A stretch of 64,000 nt of DNA from a virus (taxonomy: Duplodnaviria > Caudoviricetes), in IMG/VR virus record IMGVR_UViG_3300032226_000829. One strand, written 5' to 3'. The notes beneath the pieces were generated by a model. It saw only the letters and a list, made by a program, of their open reading frames with translations, did not search any database and was not told where the DNA came from. This document shows positions 1 through 9,625 of the stretch, piece by piece (position 1 is the stretch's first letter; each line of letters begins with the position of its first letter). The translations under genes and the position numbers were made by a program.

Positions 1-57
1 ACAGCAGTTAATGTTCAAGAAATTTTGGATGCTGTGGACGAATTATTAAAACTTTAA
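1..57 (+). CDS. 3' end of a gene entering from outside the window (...TAVNVQEILDAVDELLKL*)
   Basis: Open frame from base 1 to TAA at 55-57; converges on the next ORF. Confidence 0.5.
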   Translation, partial: TAVNVQEILDAVDELLKL

Positions 58-425
58 TTTTTGGGTCTTCTTACCAATTGAACTGATTTACGTTTGGTTC
101 TTTTCACTGCTAAATTGTAAAGATTTACTGTGGGACCAATCACTATTCGTACATCTTTGGTATTCATTATCATCAGAATACTTTTAAAGAATTCAATTTC
201 TTTGCGTAAAAATATGCCTATGGGAATCATTCTATTGCTCTCCCACCACCAAGATTCGCACAGTTCGATGAATTCTTTCTTCTCTTCTTCGGTGTGTATT
301 TGAGTGTACACGTACATGCTGGTGATATTGTGGTCTTGATTGTTGATTACACCCACATATTCTTTTTCGCCGTAATTAACGACACTGATGAATGGGAAGT
401 TTTCTTCTATATTTTTACGCAACAT
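54..425 (-). CDS. Conserved phage hypothetical protein
   Basis: 123 aa ORF with WWWESNRMIPIGIFL motif; divergent from the next gene. Confidence 0.7.
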   Translation of the reverse strand: MLRKNIEENFPFISVVNYGEKEYVGVINNQDHNITSMYVYTQIHTEEEKKEFIELCESWWWESNRMIPIGIFLRKEIEFFKSILMIMNTKDVRIVIGPTVNLYNLAVKRTKRKSVQLVRRPKN

Positions 426-430
426 TTTTC

Positions 431-438
431 TATAAATA
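431..438 (+). promoter_or_regulatory. T4-type late promoter TATAAATA
   Basis: Exact T4 gp55 consensus 26 nt upstream of ATG 464. Confidence 0.75.
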
Positions 439-463
439 CACTATAAATTACAACTATACAACT

Positions 464-1261
464 ATGCAACTAATTTACCGATATTTAGTAAATAACAAAG
501 TACTTCTGACAGCGGATCTGGCAGGAGAAATAACGGAGTATAAATCAGTGTATCAAAGAAACATTAAAATTTACAGAGGAATAGACAACTTAATCACCTT
601 TCAGATCAACAATGCTGATCAGAAACCCATTTCTATTGACACAGAATACACTCCCACTTTCTACATGTATGATGAAAACAATACATTAGTGGTTACTAAG
701 CAAGGCACCATCATTGAAACTCAGGACAGTTCAGTGTACACCAACAAAGGGCAGTTCACAGTGACCATTTCTGAGAATGATCTGTTGGATTTAAAAGCTC
801 AGTATCTCAGCTACACAGTGTGGATGACCAACAACACAGATCAATCAAAATCATTAACTTATGCCAATTCTCACTTTGAAAACAAAGGCATCATATATTT
901 GGATCACACAGCATTTCCAGGACCAATGAATTCTTATTCGGTGACCACATTTGCTGAAACAGGTATTGGCACAGATATTTTTATTTCAGAAACCATCAGT
1001 GGTCAGCCATCCATCAATGGTAACTCTGCACTGCACACAGCAGCCATTTATAACACAGATGCCACTGCCACAGTGACCATTCAAGGCACTTTGGACAATC
1101 AAGTATCCAACAGCACCAGTTGGGCAGATATCACTGCTATCAGTCTCACTGATTCTGACACAATCAAATATGCCAATTTCAATGGTGTGTTCAATCATAT
1201 CAGATTCAAATACCAATTGACCAATTCTGGTTCCCTAAACAAAATATTAGTGCGTAACTAA
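464..1261 (+). CDS. Late protein, probable virion structural component
   Basis: Start reassigned to ATG 464 after the late promoter; Thr/Asn/Ser-rich, beta-type composition. Confidence 0.6.
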   Translation: MQLIYRYLVNNKVLLTADLAGEITEYKSVYQRNIKIYRGIDNLITFQINNADQKPISIDTEYTPTFYMYDENNTLVVTKQGTIIETQDSSVYTNKGQFTVTISENDLLDLKAQYLSYTVWMTNNTDQSKSLTYANSHFENKGIIYLDHTAFPGPMNSYSVTTFAETGIGTDIFISETISGQPSINGNSALHTAAIYNTDATATVTIQGTLDNQVSNSTSWADITAISLTDSDTIKYANFNGVFNHIRFKYQLTNSGSLNKILVRN

Positions 1262-1290
1262 TTGACTTTTACCAATCCATAAGTTATAAT
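1262..1290 (+). promoter_or_regulatory. Sigma70-type promoter of primase (TTGACT-17-TATAAT), leaderless
   Basis: Near-consensus hexamers; ATG 6 nt after the -10. Confidence 0.75.
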
Positions 1291-1296
1291 AGCACA

Positions 1297-2301
1297 ATGA
1301 GTATTGTGTTCGATACAGTTGTTCAATATCTTCCCAGCAAGAGGAAACAGACTCCCAGTGGATGGTTGAGTTTCAATGCGCCTTGTTGCCACCATAATGG
1401 CACCACTGCTGACTCAAGGAGCAGAGCAGGGTTGATTCAAAATGCTGATCAGGGATTGAGCTATCACTGTTTCAATTGTGGTTACAAAGCCAGTTGGGTA
1501 TCAGGAAGAAATTTAACTTTCAAATTAAAACGTCTCATGCAGTGGTTGAACGTGCCCGATGATGTGATTACAAAATTGGCATTGAACGTGCTGCAACAAA
1601 CAGATGAAAAAAGTATTCACAGAAATCTTGCTCAATTTCCTAAATTTAAAACAGTAGAACTACCGAAACAAGCCAAAACAATTTATGAATGGCACAAAGA
1701 ATTTTTGCAACAAAACAAAGAACCCAATTCAAATTACATCAAAGTCTTAGAATACATCAACGGTAGAAATCTAAACATCAATGATTATGATTTTTATTGG
1801 TCGCCAGAAATGGGTTACAGAGATCGAATGATTGTGCCTTTTTATTATCAAGATAAGATCGTGGGTTGGACTGCTAGAAAGATTGTGGATGACAAAGTAA
1901 AATATCTATCTGAACAGCAACCAGGATATGTGTTCAATCTGGATGCACAGGATGATGATAGATTATTTGTGATAGCAGTGGAAGGTCCTATTGATGCAAT
2001 ACTGTTGGATGGTGTGGCGTTCTTGGGCAGCGAAGTAAAACAACAACAGAGCATGTTGATTAAGAGTTTAAACAAAAAAATTATTGTGGTTCCAGATAGA
2101 GATTCAGCAGGTGAAAAGTTAATACATGATGCTATGGAATTTGGTTGGAGTGTGAGCATGCCTGAATGGGATCACGATGTGAAGGATATCAATGATGCTG
2201 TTATTAAATATGGTAGACTGCACACTTTGTATTCAATAGTGAAGCATGCTGAAAATCAGCAATTAAAAATAAAACTGAGGATGAAAAAATGGCTGTCATA
2301 A
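1297..2301 (+). CDS. DNA primase, T4 gp61-like
   Basis: N-terminal Zn finger (CCHH...CFNC), TOPRIM motifs EGPID and PDRD. Confidence 0.9.
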   Translation: MSIVFDTVVQYLPSKRKQTPSGWLSFNAPCCHHNGTTADSRSRAGLIQNADQGLSYHCFNCGYKASWVSGRNLTFKLKRLMQWLNVPDDVITKLALNVLQQTDEKSIHRNLAQFPKFKTVELPKQAKTIYEWHKEFLQQNKEPNSNYIKVLEYINGRNLNINDYDFYWSPEMGYRDRMIVPFYYQDKIVGWTARKIVDDKVKYLSEQQPGYVFNLDAQDDDRLFVIAVEGPIDAILLDGVAFLGSEVKQQQSMLIKSLNKKIIVVPDRDSAGEKLIHDAMEFGWSVSMPEWDHDVKDINDAVIKYGRLHTLYSIVKHAENQQLKIKLRMKKWLS

Positions 2302-2411
2302 AAACAGTGTTAAGATTTATATTTGCTCCTGTGATCAAATATTACCAATACAGACAATACAAAAAGAAAGTGAAAGAATTACAAAAAAGAGATCCTTTCA
2401 TCTACAGATAA
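2289..2411 (+). CDS. Small basic peptide (40 aa, ...ELQKRDPFIYR)
   Basis: Below track threshold; overlaps primase stop and ends 1 nt before the next ATG. Confidence 0.6.
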   Translation: MAVIKTVLRFIFAPVIKYYQYRQYKKKVKELQKRDPFIYR

Positions 2412-2412
2412 A

Positions 2413-3399
2413 ATGATAATTTGGGGAATTACTGCTAACAATCACGATGCCAGTATTGCCGTGTTTGAATACAAAATAGCAGGATTAACCAACAATAAAA
2501 AACTTAAATTGCTTTGGGCTGGTTTAACAAGAGATTTTTCCGATGTGCCCAATGATCCTGATCTTAATAGAAGAATTGTTGAACATCTAAAAGAAAAATA
2601 TGGTTCTCCAAAAGAAATAATATTTTATGAAAAACCGTTTTTAAAAAGTTTAAGACAGTTGTGGGCTGGACAAGGATTTAAATTTAGTGAAAACAATATT
2701 AAAAATTATTTAAAAAGATACGGATTAAATGTGCCTGTTAGATTTGTCAAACATCATGAAAGTCATGCTGCTTATGGATATTACACCAGCACATTAAGAA
2801 ATGCTGTGATTATTGTGTTAGACAGCATAGGAGAGTTTGAAACCATCAGTATTTGGTCTGGTTTGGGAAATAAAATTCAAAAAAGATATTCTCAATCATA
2901 TCCGCACAGTGTGGGATTATTTTATAGTGCCATGACACAACGATGTGGATTCCAAGCCAATGCTGAAGAAAACAAATTAGAACAGTTGTCCAAACAAGGT
3001 GATTGGAGAGTGTTGTACGATGTGTTTAATGAAGAACTAATCAAAGGTAAAATGCCATTTGAAACTCATATTAATCTACATCGAGGCTGTCGTTGGTGGA
3101 GACCTGAATTAAATTCTGAAAAAGATTTGGCTAACATTGCTGCCACCACTCAAAAAATATTTGAAGAAGTTATTTTGGAACATTGCAGTTGGGCAAGAAT
3201 GTTTGTTACAAGTAGAAATTTAATTTTGGTTGGTGGATGTGCTTTGAATAAAACTGCTTCTGATAAAGTCAAAAATTTATGGAATAATTTTTGGACTCCT
3301 AAAAATCCAGGTGACCCAGGATCATGTGTGGGTGCTGTTCTTGCCAAATACGAAAAACACATTGACTTTAATGAAAAATTATGGTATAATAAAGGTTAG
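2413..3399 (+). CDS. Carbamoyltransferase (NodU/CmcH family), N-terminal Kae1-like domain only
   Basis: WGITANNHDASIAV, HHESHAAYGYY, VLDSIGE, VGGCALN, PGDPGSCVGA motifs; no C-terminal YrdC-like domain. Confidence 0.85.
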   Translation: MIIWGITANNHDASIAVFEYKIAGLTNNKKLKLLWAGLTRDFSDVPNDPDLNRRIVEHLKEKYGSPKEIIFYEKPFLKSLRQLWAGQGFKFSENNIKNYLKRYGLNVPVRFVKHHESHAAYGYYTSTLRNAVIIVLDSIGEFETISIWSGLGNKIQKRYSQSYPHSVGLFYSAMTQRCGFQANAEENKLEQLSKQGDWRVLYDVFNEELIKGKMPFETHINLHRGCRWWRPELNSEKDLANIAATTQKIFEEVILEHCSWARMFVTSRNLILVGGCALNKTASDKVKNLWNNFWTPKNPGDPGSCVGAVLAKYEKHIDFNEKLWYNKG

Positions 3400-3401
3400 A
3401 C

Positions 3402-4850
3402 ATGTCCGATAATATTAAACAAAACACTGACTATGGTTATGATATACAAAAAGTATATCTAGAAATGATGTTGAGTGATGCACAAACATTTGTGCGTTGT
3501 CAAAACATATTTGATCATACTCTGTTTGATCGTAGACTTCAACCAGCGGCAGAATTCATTTACAATTATGTGAGCAAATACAATGCGTTGCCCACAGAAG
3601 AAATGATCAATTCCAGTTGTAAAACTGAATTAAAAGTTCCCAGCAATCTTAATGAACAACACTTTGATTGGTTGTTGGATGATTTTGAAACATTTATTAG
3701 ACACAAAGGATTAGAACGTGCCATATTAAAATCAGCAGATATGTTGGAAAAAGGTGAATATGGTCCTGTGGAAGACTTGGTCAAGAAGGCTGTGCAGATT
3801 GGATTGAACAAAGACTTAGGAATCAACTATTGGGAGGATCCCAAAGGTAGATTAAAATCACTCAAAGACAACAACGGTCAAGTCAGCACTGGTTGGAAAA
3901 CATTAGATAAAAAATTATTTGGTGGTTTCAACAGAGGTGAATTGAATATATTTGCTGGAGGATCAGGAGCAGGTAAATCTTTATTCTTGGCCAACTTAGG
4001 TTGTAATTGGGCATTGTCTGGATTGAATGTGCTGTATCTAACTTTTGAATTGGGAGAAGGATTGGTAGCAATGAGATTGGACAGTATGATGACCAACATT
4101 CCTTCTAGAGAAATTTTCAAAGATTTAGATGGTGTGGAGATGAAAGTCAAGTTGTTGGGTAAAAAGTCTGGCAGTTTTCAGATCAAATACATGTCCAGCG
4201 GTAAGAATGCCAACGATATTAGAAGTTATATTAAAGAATTTGAAATTAAAAACAATAAAAAATTTGATGTGATATTGGTGGATTATTTGGATCTTATGAT
4301 GCCAATCAGTAGAAAAGTTAGTCCTAGTGATTTGTTTGTTAAAGATAAATTTGTATCAGAAGAATTAAGAAATTTGTCCATGGACTTACAAACTATATTT
4401 GTAACAGCTTCTCAATTGAACAGAGGTGCTGTGGAAGAGATTGAATTTGATCATTCACACATAGCTGGTGGATTATCCAAAATACAAACAGCAGACAATG
4501 TGTTTGGTATATTCACATCCAGAGCAATGAGAGAACGTGGTAGATATCAAATACAATTGATGAAAACTAGATCATCCAGCGGTGTAGGTCAAAAGATTGA
4601 TTTAGAATTTGATCTTGATTCTTTAAGAATCAGAGACTTGCCAGAAGACGAAGAATACAAAGAGTTTGACAGCAGAAAATCCAAAATATTTGACAGTTTA
4701 AAAAAGTCCAGCACAGTGTCAGATGATGTTCAGTCTGATTCAATGCCAGTGGATCCCACTCAAGGTGTTAATATTGTTAAACCCAAAACAGAAACAGACT
4801 CTACCAAACTGCGACAATTTCTAAATAATTTAGGACAAGACAAAGAATAA
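3402..4850 (+). CDS. Replicative DnaB-like helicase, T4 gp41-like
   Basis: Walker A GGSGAGKS, Walker B ILVDYLD, TASQLNR, IAGGLSK, MKTRSS. Confidence 0.92.
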   Translation: MSDNIKQNTDYGYDIQKVYLEMMLSDAQTFVRCQNIFDHTLFDRRLQPAAEFIYNYVSKYNALPTEEMINSSCKTELKVPSNLNEQHFDWLLDDFETFIRHKGLERAILKSADMLEKGEYGPVEDLVKKAVQIGLNKDLGINYWEDPKGRLKSLKDNNGQVSTGWKTLDKKLFGGFNRGELNIFAGGSGAGKSLFLANLGCNWALSGLNVLYLTFELGEGLVAMRLDSMMTNIPSREIFKDLDGVEMKVKLLGKKSGSFQIKYMSSGKNANDIRSYIKEFEIKNNKKFDVILVDYLDLMMPISRKVSPSDLFVKDKFVSEELRNLSMDLQTIFVTASQLNRGAVEEIEFDHSHIAGGLSKIQTADNVFGIFTSRAMRERGRYQIQLMKTRSSSGVGQKIDLEFDLDSLRIRDLPEDEEYKEFDSRKSKIFDSLKKSSTVSDDVQSDSMPVDPTQGVNIVKPKTETDSTKLRQFLNNLGQDKE

Positions 4851-4853
4851 TAC

Positions 4854-4878
4854 CTGCACGGAAATCGACTCCGTGCAG
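4854..4878. terminator. 9-bp hairpin between convergent transcription units
   Basis: CTGCACGGA-aatcgac-TCCGTGCAG right after the helicase stop. Confidence 0.6.
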
Positions 4879-5141
4879 ATATTGATGGCTGACTTCAGAA
4901 AGAAGTATTCAGCTCTGTTTATTTTTAGATATTATTTGTTGATTACAACTTTTCTTACAATCACCCTAACACTTACTGTTTTACTAGAAATAAATTGTTT
5001 GATTGTGTCAATCACTCCTGTGATTGTATTGATTATAGCCTTCATAGCCTATTCTCCCTTGTTTGAGTTAAGACATCATTCTATGAATGATGACTAGATA
5101 TTTATTAATCAGAATGTAAATGTAAAATGCTGTTAGATTAA

Positions 5142-5684
5142 TTATAAAGTAGTATAATTGAATGTCAAAACTATTCTTCTCTCATTGGCTATTGGAGTTT
5201 GACTACTGTGGAATTGAGTACCATCAAAACTGTGCCATGTGTTGCACACAGGTTTCACAGATTCTTGCACTGTGTATTTTTCACTTTCTTTTCTTTCATT
5301 ATAAATTAAAGTATCACCATCAGACTCTATCACATAAAATAATCCTGTTTGGTGTGGACGTCCATCATCAATGTGTGCATCATGAGTGACCAAATACGGT
5401 GTGCGTGTGATCAATCCCAAACGTATGCGATACAAATCTTTCAGTATCACTCCTTCTTTATCCAAAGCCACGCATAGAATATTAAATGCAGCATCAAAAA
5501 GATTGCTGACAGGTCCTTGTTCATTTTTATAAATCAAGTGACTGAAACTGCCAGCATACTCGCCTTTTTCTGTGGGCAGTGCTGTGGTGGTCATATGGTA
5601 CCAAACCACTCCTGGACTGGCCAGTTGTTGCTGAGCCAAATTCAATTGATTTGGTCCTAATAAATTGGTAATATGTTTAGACAT
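5142..5684 (-). CDS. 2OG-Fe(II) oxygenase-like (DSBH) protein
   Basis: HxD (AHID), LFYVIESDGDT, FDGTQFHSSQTP pattern. Confidence 0.6.
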   Translation of the reverse strand: MSKHITNLLGPNQLNLAQQQLASPGVVWYHMTTTALPTEKGEYAGSFSHLIYKNEQGPVSNLFDAAFNILCVALDKEGVILKDLYRIRLGLITRTPYLVTHDAHIDDGRPHQTGLFYVIESDGDTLIYNERKESEKYTVQESVKPVCNTWHSFDGTQFHSSQTPIANERRIVLTFNYTTL

Positions 5685-5820
5685 TTTATAGTAGTTATTG
5701 CATTGCGTTTTGATTGATTTCAGTCATGATAATGTGGTATTTGCATATTGATTGTTCTTAGTTCATGTTTGTTATCTTGACCCGTATAAAGACGTGTATA
5801 TGGGAATTAAATGGTGTTTT

Positions 5821-6741
5821 TTAGGGGTATTGAATGGTGTGTGTCCACAGTTTGTCCACCACCGTTTTTACACACTGCTGCCATTCACTCACATCAGATT
5901 CAGCTTGTGCCTGCCACCAAATATCCTGATCCCACCATCCTGCTTGAATGGTTAGGTTTTGATTTTTTACTTGAGCCACCACTCCGGCTGCTGTGTCACA
6001 ATCACCGTTGATGCCAGCCAGCACTGCTCGTTCACACCACAATTCAATAGTTTCCTCTGGTAGTAAGAATGGTTGCCAAAGATCCCATGAACGTTGATCT
6101 TTCTCTCTGATTTGAACCACCACACAACCAGCACCAGCAGCAGGCAACATTAATTCGTTTGGTAATATTTCGTGAGCTCCACTCCATGTGGGATGATTCC
6201 AATTGTTCTGTGTGTCTAATAAATTCAAACGTTGCACAGCACACTCAGCCATAATGATGGCAGAATATTCTCCATCAATTAATTTTTTTAATCTAGTACC
6301 GATGTTGCCTCGTAGACTGACCACTTCTACATCTGGTCTCAACAATCGAAACTGAGCAGCACGTCTGGCGCTGCTGGTGCCTACGCGAGTGTAGCTGGGA
6401 ATTTCAGTGTAAGAATTATAAGCACTCAGCACACAATCTCTACGATCATCTCTTCGCCACACACAGCCCAACAGTGTGGTGCCTGGTTGCACTTGAGTGG
6501 GCACATCTTTAGCACTGTGTATTACACAATCCACTTCACCTGCCAGCAATGCTTGTTCTAACTCTCTACAAAAAGCACCTTTGCCGCCTACTTCACTCAA
6601 GGGTCTATCAGTTACTAGATCTCCAGTGCTGACAATTTGTTTGATTGTGGTGGGTATGGATAAACCTTTCAGTGCCCACTGTGTTTGCACCATGGCCAGG
6701 TCTGACTGACGACTGCCCACAGTGTACACAGAAGTTTTCAT
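5821..6741 (-). CDS. hemC: Porphobilinogen deaminase (hydroxymethylbilane synthase)
   Basis: GSRxSxLA, GGKGAF, HSAKDVP, GTSSARR, RGNIGTRL and cofactor Cys in GDC. Confidence 0.93.
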   Translation of the reverse strand: MKTSVYTVGSRQSDLAMVQTQWALKGLSIPTTIKQIVSTGDLVTDRPLSEVGGKGAFCRELEQALLAGEVDCVIHSAKDVPTQVQPGTTLLGCVWRRDDRRDCVLSAYNSYTEIPSYTRVGTSSARRAAQFRLLRPDVEVVSLRGNIGTRLKKLIDGEYSAIIMAECAVQRLNLLDTQNNWNHPTWSGAHEILPNELMLPAAGAGCVVVQIREKDQRSWDLWQPFLLPEETIELWCERAVLAGINGDCDTAAGVVAQVKNQNLTIQAGWWDQDIWWQAQAESDVSEWQQCVKTVVDKLWTHTIQYP

Positions 6742-6747
6742 GATGGT

Positions 6748-7002
6748 TTAACGTCTACCCGACAGACCTTTTTTCTTGTGTTTCTTATCCAGTCCTAATT
6801 TTCTTTTGCGACCAACGGGTAGATCCATCCAGTAGCTCATGGGTTCACCTCGCTTGGTGAGATAGGTCACTTGTGTATCTGACACTTTGACTTTGGATTG
6901 AAATTGTTTCACTGCTCTTTTCCAGCTGAGTGCATCAATAGAATCTTTTTTGATTGTGCCTTGTTCAAAATAATCAAATTGGTATGTTTTCATTTTTGGC
7001 AT
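6748..7002 (-). CDS. Basic hypothetical protein
   Basis: 84 aa ORF ending 6 nt before the hemC start. Confidence 0.6.
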   Translation of the reverse strand: MPKMKTYQFDYFEQGTIKKDSIDALSWKRAVKQFQSKVKVSDTQVTYLTKRGEPMSYWMDLPVGRKRKLGLDKKHKKKGLSGRR

Positions 7003-7078
7003 GATTGAATCCTTTGTTTTGAAATATTTATTGTGAAAAAAAAATTAACAACTTATTCTGAAATGATAATTAATGTAT

Positions 7079-7549
7079 ATGGCCATACTATACCAATTAT
7101 GCTGTGGTAACCAACACCAATTTGAAGGATGGTTTCCCAGCATAGCACAATTTGACACACAAAAAGAAAAAGGACAATTGCAGTGCCCCATGTGTGGCAC
7201 CAAACAAGTAGATCGTGACATCATGTCACCCAGAGTGGGCAAAAATAAAAAAATCAAAACCAAAAAGTCCACACGTCAAGAACGCTTGGATGCATTAAAA
7301 GATCAAGTGCAGTCTCCTACAGAAATGATGATGGGCACTAGAGTGAAAGAAATGATGCGTACCATACGTGATCATGTCAAACGTGAATATGAATTTGTGG
7401 GTGATCGCTTTGTGAAAGAAGTTAAAAAATACGAACATGGTGAACGTGATGATCGTTTTTATGGAACTCCTAGCGAGGAAGAAGCACGCAAATTGATAGA
7501 AGAAGGTGTGGATCTGTTTGTGGTGCCTGATGTTAAGGACGATGCCTAA
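7079..7549 (+). CDS. DUF1178 family protein
   Basis: CxxxHxFEGWF...CPMCG...VGDRF...FYG signature. Confidence 0.85.
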   Translation: MAILYQLCCGNQHQFEGWFPSIAQFDTQKEKGQLQCPMCGTKQVDRDIMSPRVGKNKKIKTKKSTRQERLDALKDQVQSPTEMMMGTRVKEMMRTIRDHVKREYEFVGDRFVKEVKKYEHGERDDRFYGTPSEEEARKLIEEGVDLFVVPDVKDDA

Positions 7550-7608
7550 ACACATTAAGTGCAAATATAATAAATTTTTTAAGTGATCCATTCACGATAA
7601 ATAATTGC

Positions 7609-7800
7609 ATGCACACACACGGATACAACGATAAAATTGGGCCCAACGCTGGCAATTTTCAAGAATATACCTACGAATTGGAATGGATGGAATGTGTGTG
7701 GAACAACACCTATCAGATCACAGACATGGTCACTGCATACTGGTATCCATGGATACGCAATGCTGTGCTGGAGTCAATCCCCCACACAGAAGTTAATTAA
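7609..7800 (+). CDS. Hypothetical late protein
   Basis: GATAAATA 7596-7603 upstream; first gene of a three-gene unit. Confidence 0.6.
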   Translation: MHTHGYNDKIGPNAGNFQEYTYELEWMECVWNNTYQITDMVTAYWYPWIRNAVLESIPHTEVN

Positions 7801-7803
7801 TAC

Positions 7804-7944
7804 ATGATTGAATGTGTTTGTTCTAAATGCTCTTGTGAACATCATTGTGAACAAGAATGTGCTGAATGTCAAATATGTGAAAAGTGTGACTGTGATCACT
7901 GTGAAAACAAAAAAGAGCATAAAGTAGATATCTATCTAACCTAA
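7804..7944 (+). CDS. Metallothionein-like Cys/His-rich peptide (46 aa)
   Basis: MIECVCSKCSCEHHCEQECAECQICEKCDCDHCENKKEHKVDIYLT: 11 Cys, 4 His; fills the gap between 7800 and 7946. Confidence 0.75.
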   Translation: MIECVCSKCSCEHHCEQECAECQICEKCDCDHCENKKEHKVDIYLT

Positions 7945-7945
7945 A

Positions 7946-8368
7946 ATGAAAATATCTGAATTCATATCTGAAGGTGCTGGTTTGTCTGGATTTTTCAAAG
8001 ACGAAGAACTCAAAGCATGGAATTTTCCTCAGGGATATGCTTCTGATGCAGATGTGGAAGGTCCTCATCTGAGCAACAGCACTGCTAGAGAAGTTTTGAC
8101 AGCATTGGGAATGAATCCAGATTTTGAAAATTCAGAGCCTGTTAAAATAGAGGTATTCATTAATCTTGCCACACAATGGTTACAAAAACACATTGGTAAA
8201 CCCAGCTCAGCTAGAACAACCACAGTGAATAAAAAAGATTCAGGAGCCACAGTTTATGATATAGGTAAACCTCAAGGTCGTCTTAATGATTTAATATTAC
8301 AATTGAGCCAACAAGCAAGAAAAATCAAACAAAAATATCCCACCATCACTCACGTGGCCTTTGTTTAA
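7946..8368 (+). CDS. Hypothetical late protein (MKISEFISE N-terminus)
   Basis: 140 aa ORF, 1 nt after the preceding stop. Confidence 0.65.
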   Translation: MKISEFISEGAGLSGFFKDEELKAWNFPQGYASDADVEGPHLSNSTAREVLTALGMNPDFENSEPVKIEVFINLATQWLQKHIGKPSSARTTTVNKKDSGATVYDIGKPQGRLNDLILQLSQQARKIKQKYPTITHVAFV

Positions 8369-8376
8369 TATTTTTA

Positions 8377-8547
8377 TTATCTATTTTTCAATTCTTTAAT
8401 AACTTTTAATTGTTCTTCAGCAGTCATCTTGTGCCAGTTATTGATCTCGTCTGCTGTTCGTGAGCAGCCCATGCACAAACCACTCTCCCAGTCAATGGAG
8501 CATATTTGAATGCAAGGGTTCGTCACCTGCTGGTGTTTCTTTTCCAT
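8377..8547 (-). CDS. DUF1289 family Cys-rich protein (56 aa)
   Basis: PCIQICSIDWESGLCMGCSRTADEINNW motif; below track threshold. Confidence 0.8.
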   Translation of the reverse strand: MEKKHQQVTNPCIQICSIDWESGLCMGCSRTADEINNWHKMTAEEQLKVIKELKNR

Positions 8548-8563
8548 GCTGTTATTTAATGTT

Positions 8564-9625
8564 TTACTTGTCAGCAGTTATGTGTGGCAACACAAACTGT
8601 ATGCCCAGCCAACGAAACTTCTTGGCACTGTCGGCGAAACTGCAGTTAATCCTGGCAGTTCTTACTTTATAAGGATTCAAAGGTTCTATGACCACTGTGT
8701 TTTCTCCCGTGAATCTCAGTGGCACAGTGGGCCAACTATCTCCGTCATTGGTGGTACACACTATGTGCTTGAGATTCTTCAACCCTGGCACAAACTCTAT
8801 CTCCAGCTGTGGTGGGTTATTGAACTCTGACACTTTCTTGTCTGCAGGTAGGAATCGTACATAGGGCATGGGCAGTGTGTTCAACACCATTTCAAATCTG
8901 TCAGCCTTGCCCCAATTCTCGTTGATGGGGAATCGTGGCAGTTCAAACTTGTCTTTAACACTGTCCATCACTCCTGAATGCTGTCCAAATGCCAATCTGA
9001 ATCCCATGCCTCTGACCATCTCTTTGAACTCCAGGCCATACTCTCCAAATGGATATGAGAAATACTCGGGTATGGATCCCAGCTCTCTCTGAAAGTCTTT
9101 GTTAGCCTGCCATAGATCATTCTGTATCTCATCTCGGCTTTTGTTCATTAGATAATCATGTGAGTATGAATGATGTCCTATCACTCCCAATCCTGACTCG
9201 TGTATCTCTCGCACCTGTGCCCAGGTCATGTAATTTCGGTTCTTGGAATTGATTTCTCTGGTGTTCAAGAACAGCACAAAAGGTATGCCTTCTTTTTTCA
9301 GTATGGGCCAAGCATGTTTGTAGAAACTGGCCCAGGCATCGTCGATGGTCAGCAGCACTCTTTTGTTGTGTAGTTCTCTGTGCCCATGCATGTAGTCGTC
9401 CAACTCTTCTATGGAGATAAAGTCCAGATTCATCTTGCGTATCATCCGGATCTGTTTTTCAAACTCCTTGACCTTGACATTGGTTGTGGGGTATTTGTTC
9501 TCGTCAAACTTGTGATACATCAATCCAATCACGCCAGGTTCTTGGTGAGGTTCTAAAGAAAAAGATGTAACAGTGATTGAAATTAATAATAAAGAAGAAA
9601 AAATTAATTTAATAATTTTGGCCAT
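8564..9625 (-). CDS. Secreted polysaccharide deacetylase (CE4/NodB)
   Basis: Signal peptide; LMYH, LTIDD, HHSYSH, FSYPFGEY motifs. Confidence 0.88.
   Translation of the reverse strand: MAKIIKLIFSSLLLISITVTSFSLEPHQEPGVIGLMYHKFDENKYPTTNVKVKEFEKQIRMIRKMNLDFISIEELDDYMHGHRELHNKRVLLTIDDAWASFYKHAWPILKKEGIPFVLFLNTREINSKNRNYMTWAQVREIHESGLGVIGHHSYSHDYLMNKSRDEIQNDLWQANKDFQRELGSIPEYFSYPFGEYGLEFKEMVRGMGFRLAFGQHSGVMDSVKDKFELPRFPINENWGKADRFEMVLNTLPMPYVRFLPADKKVSEFNNPPQLEIEFVPGLKNLKHIVCTTNDGDSWPTVPLRFTGENTVVIEPLNPYKVRTARINCSFADSAKKFRWLGIQFVLPHITADK

Noticed and set aside
4873-5097. Plus-strand 74-aa hydrophobic ORF
   Set aside because: Starts with GTG inside the terminator hairpin; a minus-strand 37-aa ORF with RBS and late motif fits the region better, and neither is well supported.
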